From: Octopus vulgaris
Lineage: Eukaryota
Direction: 5' to 3'
Length of the DNA stretch: 64,000 bases
Assembly (NCBI GenBank): GCA_951406725.2
Contig: OX597825.1
Coordinates: 11,780,001-11,844,000 of the forward strand
Shown here: one piece after another, positions 40,409 to 53,912 of the stretch
Numbering within the stretch: position 1 is the stretch's first letter
Layout: every line of letters begins with the position of its first letter
The notes under the pieces: generated by a model
Database searches by the model: none
What the model was told of the DNA's origin: nothing
What the model saw: the letters and a program-made list of their open reading frames with translations, nothing else
Program-made: the position numbers and the translations under genes

Positions 40409-42469
40409 TTGTGATAATAATTACAATATTCCAAGAGGACATCCAATCTTTAATTCTCTTCCGTCTGGCTCAAAGACTTGTATACAAATATATTTTCATA
40501 TGCAGTCTCAGGGATACGTTGTAGGTAATAAACAAAACGTGACACTACAAAGAGTTCACGGATAGTATACAGTTAATATGGTATTGAGATTAGAATAATT
40601 AACCTTGAAGAGACAGAAATCAATTAAGTTAAATAAGACAACGTAACAGAAAACACAATGCCAAAACTTACACATAAAACAGATCCATAACCACTTGGGA
40701 ATCAAAGAACTGCAGAAGAAAGTAAATTTGTTATGAAGACAATAGATGCCGTTTAAACATTTAAAACTGTTTTAAAATATCTATTGTGAGTACAGAAATA
40801 TTTCTTGTTCTGAAATATGGATAATTATCAAAGAAGAAACTATTTTTTTTAATAACGTCGTCTCTAACTTAATTTTGATTTTGATAATCTGATAATTTGA
40901 GAGCATTTCATGTTGACACTTTTGATACCAATTTTCCTTCACTTTAATATTATATTTACCTTTCTTTGCAGTGTTGAGTTCACGTGTTTAAATCCTTCTC
41001 AAGTACTGTAACTTGCAGTTACCCATATGTTCTTCATGCAGAATTCACACTCGATGGAATTTTAAAAGTCAAAAGATTTCAAAATATAAGCTGAAGTGGG
41101 AGGGACGTTTTAGAGAAAACACCATATTCTGTTTTAGCTAACTTCAAAAATCTATACTCTATCATATGTCATTCTGTATTTTACGTTAAATTGTGACGTC
41201 TCCAGTTTTATTTAAAGTTGTATGTACTTAAATGATTGTGGCCTAAAATGTAAAGAATCAAACTGCCACGAAAATACGATGACAAAACAAAAGGAAAAAA
41301 AAAACATAGCAAAAATATACTAATCCCCCTAAGAAGTTTCTACCATAAGTAATTGATTTCGAAGCTCTCATGAAACAGACTTGCATGTATCACGACTTGG
41401 AAACACATGCTCACACACACACACACACACACATACACACACACACACACATCGCATACACACACCACACACACATCGTATACACACACCACACACACAC
41501 ACATCACACATGCACGCACCTGTATATATATATATTATATATAATAACAAAATAATAAATAAAACATGCATATATACATACATATATGTACGTACCTACA
41601 TCTATATGTATATATACATGCATATATGGTTACAGGACATCAAAAAGAAACGTCGAACACAATGAGAAACGAAAACATAAAAATAAAACCATGGAAACGG
41701 ACAATTTTTTTTAAACAACGAAAAAACAGAGTACAAGACATAAAACACAAGGAAAATTCCCCCTCTTCAGCCGCCTCTGCTTCGTCTACTCCGTGTTTCA
41801 CACGTGTGTTAAGTGACTACACATGTACGCATATATACGTACACGCAAACCCTCCCACATATATGTCTGTAAAATGCAATATTCTCCTTTGAATTCCTGC
41901 ACCATATGATTTCGTCTTTTCGTATTCTTCATATTCTTTCTTTCGTAAAAACGTTTTTTTTCCTTGGCAACTATTATATTCTATTTGTAACATTTTCCTC
42001 CAGTGCCTTATAACATAGAACAAAAAAAGACATTTGTGTTGTCTGATATATCAAAGCGAACATTTCTATTTTTTGTATTTATTCTTCGATCTACATCTAC
42101 TTTTTTGTTTGCAACAATAAATAATAAATAATGTTTCAAACATGATTCCTATTAATTATATGTTGGAGTGGAAATGTATAAAGTCCGAGGTTAATGAGTA
42201 AATGTAACTTAATTACAGACCAACAAACCTATTTCATCTTCTCTGTTAGATTATCTAGAGATCAATTAGTTCGTTAGTCATTGAAAGCGGTTTCCAATCA
42301 ATTCATTAATCTCGTATTTGATATTTTATTTAGAAAAATATGAGATACATAATAACGACAAAAGTGTTTACGAGTGGTTGTATTGATATTTATCTAAATT
42401 CACAATAATTCATTAAGTCACGTATGTAATCATAGAACGATGTCGACTGAATTGCTTCGAATGGATAAA

Positions 42470-42845
42470 TCTCACTCTATATAAAGCTGAAGTTGTCTGT
42501 GTTTGTGGCAGGTTTGGTAGTCTTCAACCAACACTATCTCTTCCGAGACCCTGCGGCAAAAGTTGACCAAAATTGAGAGTATGATAAAAGAAGGATTGCT
42601 CTTCCTTCCGGACCATGTTAATACCAAAAATTATTTACATAAAAAAGGTGCTTTTCTTCTATGAAAATCCCTACTTTTTACGATTTTTTGACTGCTGTGT
42701 CGTCACCATTTTTCGGTGTATTTCAACCAGAAAAATGTTCATTTAAAGAATATAACAAGCTACATAATGCAACATTTTTACTTTTCTAAAATTCCAATTC
42801 TAAAGGGTGGAAACGAACCCGACCAACACTGGGCGATACTGCTAG
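42470..42845 (+). mobile_element. Non-autonomous Helitron, second family
   Basis: A|TCTCACTCTATATAAA start; CCCGACCAACACTGGG-CGATACTGCTAG|T end; same termini as 4119-4503. Confidence 0.85.
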
Positions 42846-43237
42846 TTAGTGTTATATCTAATATTGAACTCAATACTTCTGCTTGGAGGTATTCGAACGC
42901 CTTTTATAAGAGTTTTATAATACAGTCTCCATTGATTTGTCACTTCTAGATCGTATCCTCCCCTGTGGGAAATTAAAATCGTATCTAAATTAAGTCATCA
43001 AAATGTAGAAAGCAAAGGATCTTAAAAAGCCTACTAGGGTTTCAGATATACATACATTATGTCTCAAATATTTGCATGAGTTAGTATCTATATGCCTTTG
43101 TATCAAATGCATCTAAATGTGTGTTTGTACGCGTATGTTTCTAAATGTGTGGTTGTCTGCTTATGTATCTGAATGCGTGTTTGTATGCGTATGTATCTAT
43201 ATGTGTATGTTCCTTAATGATTGATGATTGAGTTTAA

Positions 43238-43468
43238 GGCGGCGAGCTGGCAGACACGTTAGCACGCCGGGCGAAATGCTTAGCGGTATTTCGTCTGCCG
43301 CTACGTTCTGAGTTCAAATTCCGCCGAGGTCGACTTTGTCTTTCATCCCTTCGGGGTCGATTAAATAAGTACCAGTTACGCACTGGGGTCGATGTAATCG
43401 ACTTAATCCGTTTGTCTGTCCTTGTTTGTCCTCTCTGTGTTTAGCCCCTTGTGGGTAGTTGAGAAATA
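43238..43468 (+). mobile_element. SINE family A monomer, well conserved
   Basis: Head plus one unit. Confidence 0.93.
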
Positions 43469-43698
43469 TATATTATTAGATTTCAAGACATCTAAACATA
43501 AATTCCATACAAAGATAAAGGAAAACTCGAAATACCGCCACAATACTGAAATCATTCTCATTGTATTTGTTTCTCTAAAGACGTTGTACCTATATGGAAT
43601 ACCCATAAAATCCCTAGGGAATAAAGATATTAATCAGAAAGTCTTACCGCAAACACTTTCAACATTAGTCATTATCAATAATAGAGAAGAATTCATTA

Positions 43699-43958
43699 AA
43701 TAAATAAATGCTCCCTTTTTAAAGCCTAGCCAGGCTCATGGACCCGGTTTCTCGCTTTCAATGGCGTATGTGTTCCCCAGCTGGACGGGACGCCAGTCCA
43801 TCGCAGCGTTACTCACTTTTGCCAGCTGAGTGGACTGGAACATCGTGAAATGAAGTGTTTTGCTCAAAGAACACAACGCATAGCCCGGTCCAGGAATCGA
43901 AACCACAATCTTACGATCATGTTGCTTACACTCTAACCACTAAGCTACGCGCCTCCAC
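43699..43958 (-). mobile_element. SINE family C, full length
   Basis: 13-bp TSD GAAGAATTCATTA at 43686-43698 and 43959-43971; (TTTA)n tail. Confidence 0.93.
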
Positions 43959-44773
43959 GAAGAATTCATTACTGAATTAAAATTTTTCAGGCCTGGCTAT
44001 ATATATCTCTTAGAAATTTGACATGTTGCCGTAATCAAAATACATGATCTCTGGTAAATCCGGAACTGAACGCATCTCCCATACGACAGTAGCCCATCGA
44101 ACCTACTCCGTGTTGGATATAAATTAGACATAATTACCTTCGCCATCCTCTAAGAATAGCACTTAGACAGTTTTGCAGACACTGCATCACTTATCTTTAT
44201 ACAAACATGAATCTCACACAACCCTGAACTCATTCCTATTTTCGTTACCTTTTACAAGTTATAACTTGCTAACAGTAATATTACAGTATAAAACGCGAGT
44301 CATTTTGATTATTATCGTAAAACCGCTGTATTTATGCTCTCTTAAAATATTAATCTATTTTAGATGACTCATACGCAATATATATATATTTGAAACGTAA
44401 CTCAATTTAATACATCCATTGGGGAAGAAATAGAAAACTAAAATCTGCAACAAATATTTCAATTTCGTTCGTTTCTAACCTTGGTCTATTTATTTTTGAT
44501 ATAGAACCGATTCGATAAGATTTTCTTTCAAGAATGTGTGCGTGCGCACTCGTGCACAAAGATAGTGATTTGCTTAAATTTATTATTAAATGCAATTACT
44601 TATTTGAGGAAATGTCAGCCTACTTGCGAGAACATCTCTGAAAAGTTTTCTGCGAAACATTTACAATTCCATTGTTAGAAACGCACATATATACATAGAC
44701 GCAAACATAGAAACACGCATTCTTACACACCTACATATACATACATCTGATGAAAGTACGTGTGTAAATGTAA

Positions 44774-44859
<86 letters not shown>

Positions 44860-44869
44860 ACACAGATAC

Positions 44870-44927
<58 letters not shown>

Positions 44928-44950
44928 CATACATACATACATACATACAT

Positions 44951-45028
<78 letters not shown>
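44774..45028. repeat. (TATC)n-(TA)n-(TACA)n-(CA)n-(TA)n compound microsatellite
   Basis: Direct inspection. Confidence 0.95.
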
Positions 45029-45029
<1 letters not shown>

Positions 45030-46859
45030 AGTATGTATATATGTAGAACACTATTTTATCAATAGTTGATAATTACAATCGAAAATAATTCAATTTACAG
45101 TAGAAGTCATTATTTCAGATCTATTTTCAGCCGTATCTATTTTGGGAAAAGATGATCATAATCCATATAGCCCTCAGACATAACTAAATCGGCAAGTAAG
45201 CTTTTCATTTAACTCTATGAAATCGATACATACCATCATGTGAAATATATGCCATTGTTTACACCGCTTAAGTCATTCATTTAATAATATAGTTGGGAAC
45301 GTACGAAATCATTATAAATCTGACTAAATGGTTTTAAATTTAACATTTCGGCAACACCTATGACTTCGATAGCAAGTAGCACATAAAAGGAAGTTATTGT
45401 CATGAGAAATCTGCGCGCTGATGTAACGATTTCTTCTATAATTTACATGTATCCTCCATCTTAAGACAGAGCGTAAAATGCTTTAGCAACATAAATGGGT
45501 GAAGTAAGAAAACAACTAATAACTTTAATACAAATTTTGGTATATCAAGTTCGTAGTTTTGGGTAAAAGAAAATACAGGAAGATTATGATTTTATTCGAC
45601 ATATTTCCCTCTCGGATTCATACCTTTATTGCAGCGGCCCTTTAGTTTTTCTAAGCCCTGCAGAAGAACTCGGAAGGCTGGGTCTGCAACCAGGCATTTC
45701 GCGATACTCTTAAAGCCGGAAATCCTTTCGGCACTCCCTCGTACGCTTAATCCGGCGTTATTAAAGGAAGTAACGCAAGAAAAAAGAAAACAGAGCGTAA
45801 ATATCCCCTTACAGCAGTTTGAATATACAAATAAAATCAGAAGAATGGATGCAATTTATCCCTGAGACATGAATTTCAGTGTTCACACGCTGACTAAACT
45901 GAATTGCTTGGAATTTCAATTATAAACGCTAAAGATGTTATACCAGCACAAATAAATAATAAATAAATTATATGCTCAAACGTTAATTAATAAATGAGTA
46001 CTAAATACAAATCTTTGTCAATAGTGTCATGTTTGTATTCATACTTCTGCAAATATTTGTCATTTTAAACTATACAAATAAACATACATTTTCGCATACA
46101 GGCAGATATTTACACCCAAAGCACACACAGACACATTTTTACACATATGGACATATACATATTTAATTGTCAACAAACAATCATTCTTTTATAATACATC
46201 TTTATTTACAATAGGAGGAAATAAGAGATATTTGGCTTCGGCAAGGACTTAATACAAATAGCTAAAATATGAAATATATTTTATGCATGTGAAGAATAAA
46301 ATTTAACGATTTGGACATCTTAGTTTCCCGAGAGAAATAAATACATAAATGTTTTATCACTAGATCGAAATGCTGAGAATTAATTTAATGTGTTTAAGTG
46401 CAACAAAGTATTTGGTTTAGTATTTTTGGAGGCAAATTACTGGAAAATAGAACACCATACTTGATTTACAGTTTGTACAAAGAAGTATTTTTGTATTTAA
46501 CATTATATGTAACGTTATGCTGGTATAAACGGCATAAATGATAACTGCACATTTATTTCAGGAAGCAATATACTTTCTAAGTATTTGGAGGCTGAGGTAC
46601 ATTTATCTTAGAATAAGTGCAATGTGCACAATTTGTGCAGTATAGCGTTTTCGAATCATGCCTGCAGGAAATAATTGAATGGGTCTGTTTCAGTGCTGTT
46701 ATTGTTCATAAAAGATTCAACTTAAGACTTATGGAAGAAGTGTCGAACTCCTCCTTTCACAACCATATTCAATTGAGCACGGTGTGATATTTAGGGTCCA
46801 GACTTGTTCAATTGCCTACCCAAATAAATGACATATATATACATATATCTCTCTGTGTA

Positions 46860-46897
46860 TCTTTCTGTTGAAGAGCGTAGGCTCGAAACGTTAAAGA
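46860..46897 (+). ncRNA. Minimal Penelope-type hammerhead ribozyme (A6U variant)
   Basis: TCTTT-CTGTTGA-A-GAGC(GTAG)GCTC-GAAAC-GTT|AAAGA: perfect 5-bp stem I, 4-bp stem II, palindromic AACGTT stem III. Confidence 0.65.
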
Positions 46898-46994
46898 CTT
46901 GTTTTATTTATATTTCCTGAGCGCCATACTAATACAATTGTTTGTTTGTTTTCTACCTGCCCTCGTCTTTTGTCTATTTTCATAAAGCTTCCCG

Positions 46995-46997
<3 letters not shown>
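46860..46997 (+). mobile_element. Penelope-like short repeat fragment embedded in (TA)n
   Basis: Homologous to 8645-8812; carries the hammerhead motif. Confidence 0.6.
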
Positions 46998-47055
<58 letters not shown>

Positions 47056-47189
47056 TGTAATGAAACATTTACAACATCATTGGCTTAACTCTTAAATGAC
47101 GCCATGAGACAGGGTAACCATTCAAAGATACAGGCAGAAAAGACCAGCTGTTATAACATCGGTCATAAGGCGCAACAAAAATGAAAGAA

Positions 47190-47930
47190 AATAAATTGAG
47201 GTGAAGCTCCGACATAGACGCAGTCTTACGACTGAAAACGTTAACTATGGTGTAGTGTACGATTTTCGTCATGCACATGAAGTTTGGAACAGAGAGCCGA
47301 CGTGAAATTTTGCCTTAAACATGGGAAATATGTTATAGAGACATGCTTCGGCAAGCTTACAGCGACGAGGGAATGTGTCGTATGCAATGTTTCAATGGTA
47401 TGGGTGCTTCAAAAACGGAAGAACGTCCTTGAGAAGTCTTGGGCAATATGGAAGAACTGTCACGAGCGTTAATCCTTGAAATGTGGAGAGAATTCGTCAG
47501 CTTGTGCAAGACAATCGTCGGAGGAGAATCACTGACATTGCTAATGTTGTTGTTCCTTTGTATGAGTTCGCGGAGGCAATCCTAATCTGGATTCTTCACG
47601 ACGACAATGCAACCTATGACCGAGGTCTCTGCACTCGTGAGTTTCTCGCTTGAAACAGCATGATATCGCTTTCGAACACGCTTTAGCACCCACGTACTTC
47701 TATCACTTACTCAAGAAGAAAAGGCAGCTCAAAGGTCGCCGTTTTAACACTTGTCGCAGAAGGTCCTCGAGTCACGGAAAACGACTTCCAGGCCGGATTC
47801 CAAAAGTGGCAGAAATGCTAGGACCGATGTATTGCTGTGCAAGGAGACTACTTCTACGTTTTTGCGGAGACTTAGGTAAATAATTCATTTTTATTAAACA
47901 TAACTACTGGAACTTTTTGATACCACCTCA
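47190..47930 (+). mobile_element. Degenerate, deleted mariner element
   Basis: EQRADVKFC..GK, QLVQDNRRRRITDIA, WILHDDNA, QLKGRRF remnants; right TIR GGAACTTTTTGATACCACCTC; left TIR not found. Confidence 0.8.
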
Positions 47931-50059
47931 AATATATAGACGAAATATACATGTATAAAACATGCATATCCTCAAACAGGTACACATTCACACACCCACA
48001 TACACACATATACACACACGTATACAGAGAAAGAGAGACAGAGAGAGAGAGAGTGGGGAGGGATACATGGTTACAAAAATGTAAATATCTAGGAATAGCG
48101 CAGGTGAGGAGAGTATTCAATAATGAGGTTCGTAGGATATAATTTATGAGCCACTGAAACGTCATGAGGTTTTTCTCCCAGTTTTTCCAAATAGATCTGT
48201 TGGCTATTATATAAAAAACACAATATAGATGTTGTTATATTACGAATATGATGAGAAAACATTTGTATATTATAGTGAACGCTATTTGTGTAATATAGAA
48301 TAAGAAATGCGATATGGCTAGTTTTATAAAACAATGATCCTTGTAGTTGCGAAGAGAATTTCGAAGTTTAATAGATTTTTCAATAATTTTAAGCTTGCTT
48401 TTAATGGGTATTTAATTATTTGACCCCACCAAAATGGTTGTCGTCTCTATTTAATGTAAATAATACAAACTAGTTGATTTGATTAGAACCACACCGTTTT
48501 TGAAAATTAAACACCTCTGAATTCTTGGCACTAGGAATAACGTCTTGCAAATGCTTACTTTCTATGGAGGGCTGTGGTCATTAATACAAAAGGAAATTAT
48601 TTACTCCTTATGATCGTAGTTCGAACCTAAGTATTGAATTTTGTTGGCCGCGAATTCACTGTTATGATGATGGGGCTTTTTCATTCGCACATATATACTG
48701 AATAATGTAATGAGTTTTACGTTAACGAAACAGATATATATTTCTGTTTGGAAAAGAAAATTAATCGCGAACATGTACACATATACACACAAATTCAGGT
48801 ACGTGCACGCGCACACACACACACAAATAAATACGTATAAAGAAAAATATAGACACAGCTATAAGTATTGCTAATTTGAAATCTTTTCTGATTTTTGCTT
48901 TAAATATTAGTAAGATAAATACTGAGATTGCAAATGGGGAGATGTGGAATATTCTTGAAGCATATTTAGAATACAAACTATTACTTTTATTCAAATATTG
49001 CGTTAGATATGCAGATACTTAAATCTTACGCTTATGGATTTTGCTAAATGATTCTTATCATTTATATTTTAATTTTTTTTCTAAATCGTTTAATACTCAC
49101 ATTTATTCTAACATTTACTACTTCAGAAACGAAATTAAAAAAAGAAGGAAATGATTTCAGCAAAATTTATGAGCATATGCGACAGAAATAAAGATGCTGA
49201 GTTATAAAATTTTAAAGAGTAGAAACAGCAACAGAAATGATATATCTTTAATAACGTATAAAGAAGCAAGAATTAAATCCAAAAATTTTAAATTAAAAAA
49301 AAAAGTAGTTCGGTTTTGCCTCACAATTTCTTATGATTAATGGTGTTAGAAAAGTAATAAATGCGTTAACAAAAATATATGTAAAACCAAATAAAATTTT
49401 TATGAAGTTGTGTTCAGATATAAAAGGCAGATATATTATTTTCAAAAATTTTAAGGAATTTCATACATGTTAATAATTAAGAAGAAACGTATGATAATGG
49501 TATTATATATGGAACAAAGCATATTTTAGATTCTTCAATTTGTTATTTGAGATACTACATACCATTATTTTTTATTTGTGTTGCATTTAATTTTCGTTCT
49601 TTCTTTAGTGGCTTTCATTTTAAATTGTAAGCAATTGTTCTAAACTGGATAAAACAATGAAATTATCTTAACACACATTGACAGTTTAGTTTTCACAATA
49701 CAAATTGCTCTGTATGGTTAAGGAAAGTAAATTCCAAGGATCGCCATATATTTTCCAATTGATTTGGTAGCGACAGGGAAGCAAACTAAAGGTTTGCGTT
49801 GAAATACAATTAGAACATTCTAGTAATGTCGCTACGGGAACTGAAAAAAAAGGGAGACGCGTCATATGCATATGTAAATAGAAGAATACTTATTCAAATA
49901 TTCCTGTATATGCATACATACTGAAATACAGATGTGTGTGTGTGCGTGTGTGTATGTTTCTGCGTGTGCTTGTGTGTATCTGTACACACACGGTCTCATA
50001 CATACAAACGTACACTTACATACACATATAAATATACATATACATATACATATATATAC

Positions 50060-50114
<55 letters not shown>

Positions 50115-50278
50115 CATGTATGTATAAAATTCACTAGAGTGATGAAAGTGCTAATATGTGATATATGATTTATAAAAACATGTAACATACTAATGAATAC
50201 CTGTAAATATAAAACCATCTAGATATCTGAGCACCTTATTTCTACTAATTACCTGTACATCATCTCCAAACTTTCTAA

Positions 50279-50281
<3 letters not shown>

Positions 50282-50364
<83 letters not shown>
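50282..50364. repeat. (TA)n microsatellite
   Basis: Direct inspection. Confidence 0.95.
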
Positions 50365-50367
<3 letters not shown>

Positions 50368-50812
50368 GGAAAACTTGGAGAATGGCTACATGACTTTCTA
50401 AAAGATAGAACTCAGGTAGTGGTGGTCAATGTAGTCGTCTCCGAGGAAACACAAATAACGAGAGGTATTCCACAGGGCACTGTCCAGGGGCCAGTGCTAT
50501 TCATAGTGGCCCTCTCTGACATGCACTCAGCTGCTCAAGTAGCGAACCTTGCTATCTATGAAGATGGTACAAACGTCTCTCAGAGGATACAGAACACTGT
50601 AGACTTTGGACATCTGCAACATGAATTGGACGTAATATACAGCTGGGGCGAGGAAAATAACATGCAGTTTAATGCTGAACAAGTTCAAGCCCTGCGGTAT
50701 CAACATATGAGGCTCAATAAAACACTGACCCAGGAGGGATTGCAATCCCTGAATCAAAATCAGTGCGTGGCCTGGGCATCGACATGAGTAAAGCTGTGTT
50801 CAAGTGGCTCAG
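50365..50812 (+). pseudogene. CR1-group LINE reverse-transcriptase core fragment
   Basis: GKLGEWLHDFLKDRTQVVVVN..GIPQGTVQGPVLF..YEDG (degenerate YADD)..LQHELD.IYSW...NNMQFN. Confidence 0.88.
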
Positions 50813-50989
50813 ATGAAATGTATTCTCTTCCTCTTCAGATTGTATTTATAAATGAATCGTGCAGACATGTAATATTTGTTCCCTACTTATTTAGGCTTAA
50901 ATTTGACTTAGATCTATAGATATCTCTGAGTAACTGTTTATATGTTATCTACCCGAATAGGAAATATCTTACTCGAGTGAAGCATAATT

Positions 50990-51213
50990 TTAGTTCTTTA
51001 TTGCCCACTGGGGGATAAACACGGAGGAGACAAACAAGGACAGACAAAGGACAGATTACATCGACTCCAGAGCATAACTGGTACTTATTTAATCGATCCC
51101 AAAAGGATGAAAGGCAAAGCCGTCCTTGGCGGAATTTGAACTCAGAACGTAACGGTAGACGAAATACCGCTAAGCATCTTGCCCGGCGTGCTAACGATTC
51201 TGCCAGCTCGACG
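50990..51213 (-). mobile_element. SINE family A monomer
   Basis: Reverse complement of head plus unit. Confidence 0.9.
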
Positions 51214-51789
51214 AAAAACTTGTGTGTTTATTAAGTTTAAACCAACAAGAGTGGCACACGCTTAATTATGTTGTTTCAAATATTGGTGCAAATTTAGCGG
51301 AGGATAAGTCAATTTTGCCAACTCTAGTTTTCAAACTGGACCTCGAAACTATGAAAATCAAAGTCAACCTTGGAGGAATTTGGACTCATCTTACAAAGAC
51401 CCGGAGGAAATGCCGCAAAGCATTTTGTAGCTATGTGTTAAATTGAATATTTGACGATTTAACACTCATAGTATTAAATTTTTGTTATAGCATTGATTCG
51501 ATATTCAGTTTTAATACTTCCCATTTGTTTTTGTCCACAGTATATTTCCCTTCCTTGAAATCGGTAAGTTAGACGTCTAAAAATGTCAGACATTGGATCT
51601 TGTATTTATAGGAAGATGGTATTTTGCAAGTGTTTGCACTCTTTTACCAACCTTGATTGTAAAACAATAAATTCCAAATTTGTTGCAATATTACAAATAC
51701 TTTGCTTGAATTTCAATTGGTGTAATCGACAAAATAAAGAAACTGAGGCGAATGTTCAACCGAAAGTATTGCAGAAGTTGACGAACTTT

Positions 51790-52900
51790 GTGTATAATCT
51801 TTCCTCTATACAAAGATTGAACCAAATCCTGAAATTTGTTTTGAAAATATTCAAATTTGCACTTTTTTATCCAGTTCTTCGTAGCCAATTTTACTTTCAC
51901 ACTCACCAAATCAATGTCCCAAAAGATTTGCTTTTGTTTGATCAAGCAACCGGAAGTTGAGAGCCACCTCATGTGAGCTCTGTGGTGGATGGTTTCTAAT
52001 CTTGAAGAATTTCAGTCTTTGGTGTTCGAGTAACAAAAGCGTTCCATAAAATCAGGAGGAATGATGCTATCAATATCGAGAAAATAGGCACCATAGCTTT
52101 GTATTCAATTTGTTGGCTTTTCAACCAATTTTAAATGCACTTTCGCTTCCATATTATAGAGATACATACACATTTTATCATTTGTCATTAGAACGAAAGA
52201 AGTTATCTCTATTGTCAAATGTTTTTAGTAGTTCAAAGAGTCATCGGATGGAGTGTCAATTGCCGATGCACTTTGCACACATTTTCCGATGACTAAAGTC
52301 TTTCACTCTTTTCTAATTTCTTTACTGCCCACAAGCGGCTACACACAGAGCAAACAAACAAGGATAAACAAACGGATTAAGTCGATTACATCGACCCCAG
52401 TACGTAACTGGTACTTATTTCGACTCCGAAAGGATGAAAGGCAAAGTCGACCTCGGCGGAATTTGAACTCGGAACGTAGCGGCAGACTAAATACCCTAAT
52501 CATTTCGCCCGGCGTGCTAACGTTTTTGCCAGATCGCCGCTGTCTTTCACTCTTTTCTGTTACACATTGCCATCACTTTCTACTTGTACAGCAAGCTCAC
52601 GCACTTTGACTTCTCTCTCCGCAATAATTAATTCGTACAGCCACTGCAGATTCGTGTCAGTGATTGCAATTGATGGTGACATACTGCACAATTTGTTTTC
52701 AATACAATTTCGATTTTCACGTGTTTTAATCATCTTCAACCTGTTGGTCCTATCAAGGGTCTCACATTTCTAAACGGTATGTGTATGGTAGACAACTTTC
52801 ACAACTCTTTGAACTAAATGATGACACGTTCCTCAGGTTTGAATCCATGCGTTTCCTCCAACGAATAAGTACAAGAATCGAATTACTACAAAGAGAGACT
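51790..52900 (-). mobile_element. Very old mariner relic interrupted by a SINE
   Basis: Minus-strand remnants in order: EERVII.F, PSIAITDTNLQWLYELIIAEREVKVRELA, RKMCAKC, MTNDKMCMYLYNMEAK, KAMVPIF..DSII..DF, HPPQSSHEVALNFRLL, VKLATKNWI..YFQNKFQDLV. Confidence 0.65.
52315..52541 (-). mobile_element. SINE family A monomer nested in the mariner relic
   Basis: 17-bp perfect TSD GTCTTTCACTCTTTTCT at 52298-52314 and 52542-52558. Confidence 0.93.
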
Positions 52901-53467
52901 TACTCTTCTGCTCAAAAAGTTGAACAGCCTTTGTCAGTTAAAGAAACGATTATGCAAACATTTGTATTACATTCACTATAACACTCGTATATATTTAATC
53001 AACTGCGATTTGAGGAAAGGCAAATTTTACCTAAGTCTCATTTGAAAGCATCACAAAAACTTAGATATTTTGTTCGTTGCTATATCAATTCTATCATATT
53101 CTGCTAATTTCTTATTTCACTGTATTTTGTTCGTATGTAAAGCATTTTTTAGGAAATTACAAGGAAATGTGTCGCTCTAGCACCAATAAAAAAATAATAT
53201 GAGTACGGAGAGAGACCAGAATTAAATATACCCATGTCATAACTAACATGAATTACTTTCTGTCATGTTATAGTTACTGTGAAATAATACATTGTATTCC
53301 AGCTATTTTGTGCCTACTGTCGGAAAATGTACATCCAAATGTAATGCCGAAGAGAACGGAAACTATTGTTCAACTCCAGGAAAATAGGCTCCAAAGGATT
53401 TGAAATTAGCAATAATATTTAGCGCCCTCCTTCTCATACTCACCTACTTCTCTTTCTTCCCCCACAA

Positions 53468-53498
53468 CACATATATACATATATATAGATACATACAT

Positions 53499-53540
<42 letters not shown>

Positions 53541-53619
53541 TCATATATGAATATATATATATATATACATATATATATAAACTTATATATGTATATATAC
53601 ATACATAAATACATACATG

Positions 53620-53661
<42 letters not shown>

Positions 53662-53665
53662 TACA

Positions 53666-53713
<48 letters not shown>

Positions 53714-53790
53714 TATATGAATATATATATATATACATATATATAAAAATTTATATATGTATATATACATACATAAATGCATACATGCAT

Positions 53791-53861
<71 letters not shown>

Positions 53862-53912
53862 CGTGTGTGTGTGTGTGCGTGTGTGTGTGTGTATGTGTGC
53901 GAGTGCGTGTAT
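53468..53912. repeat. Compound microsatellite with a ~170-bp higher-order duplication
   Basis: CATATATGAAT..TTATATATGTATATATACATACATAAAT..CATGCATAC occurs at ~53540 and ~53712. Confidence 0.85.

Noticed and set aside
51583-51972. 125-aa and 93-aa ORFs; initially considered a hAT remnant or host exon
   Set aside because: Better explained as the C-terminal part of the minus-strand mariner relic and its antisense
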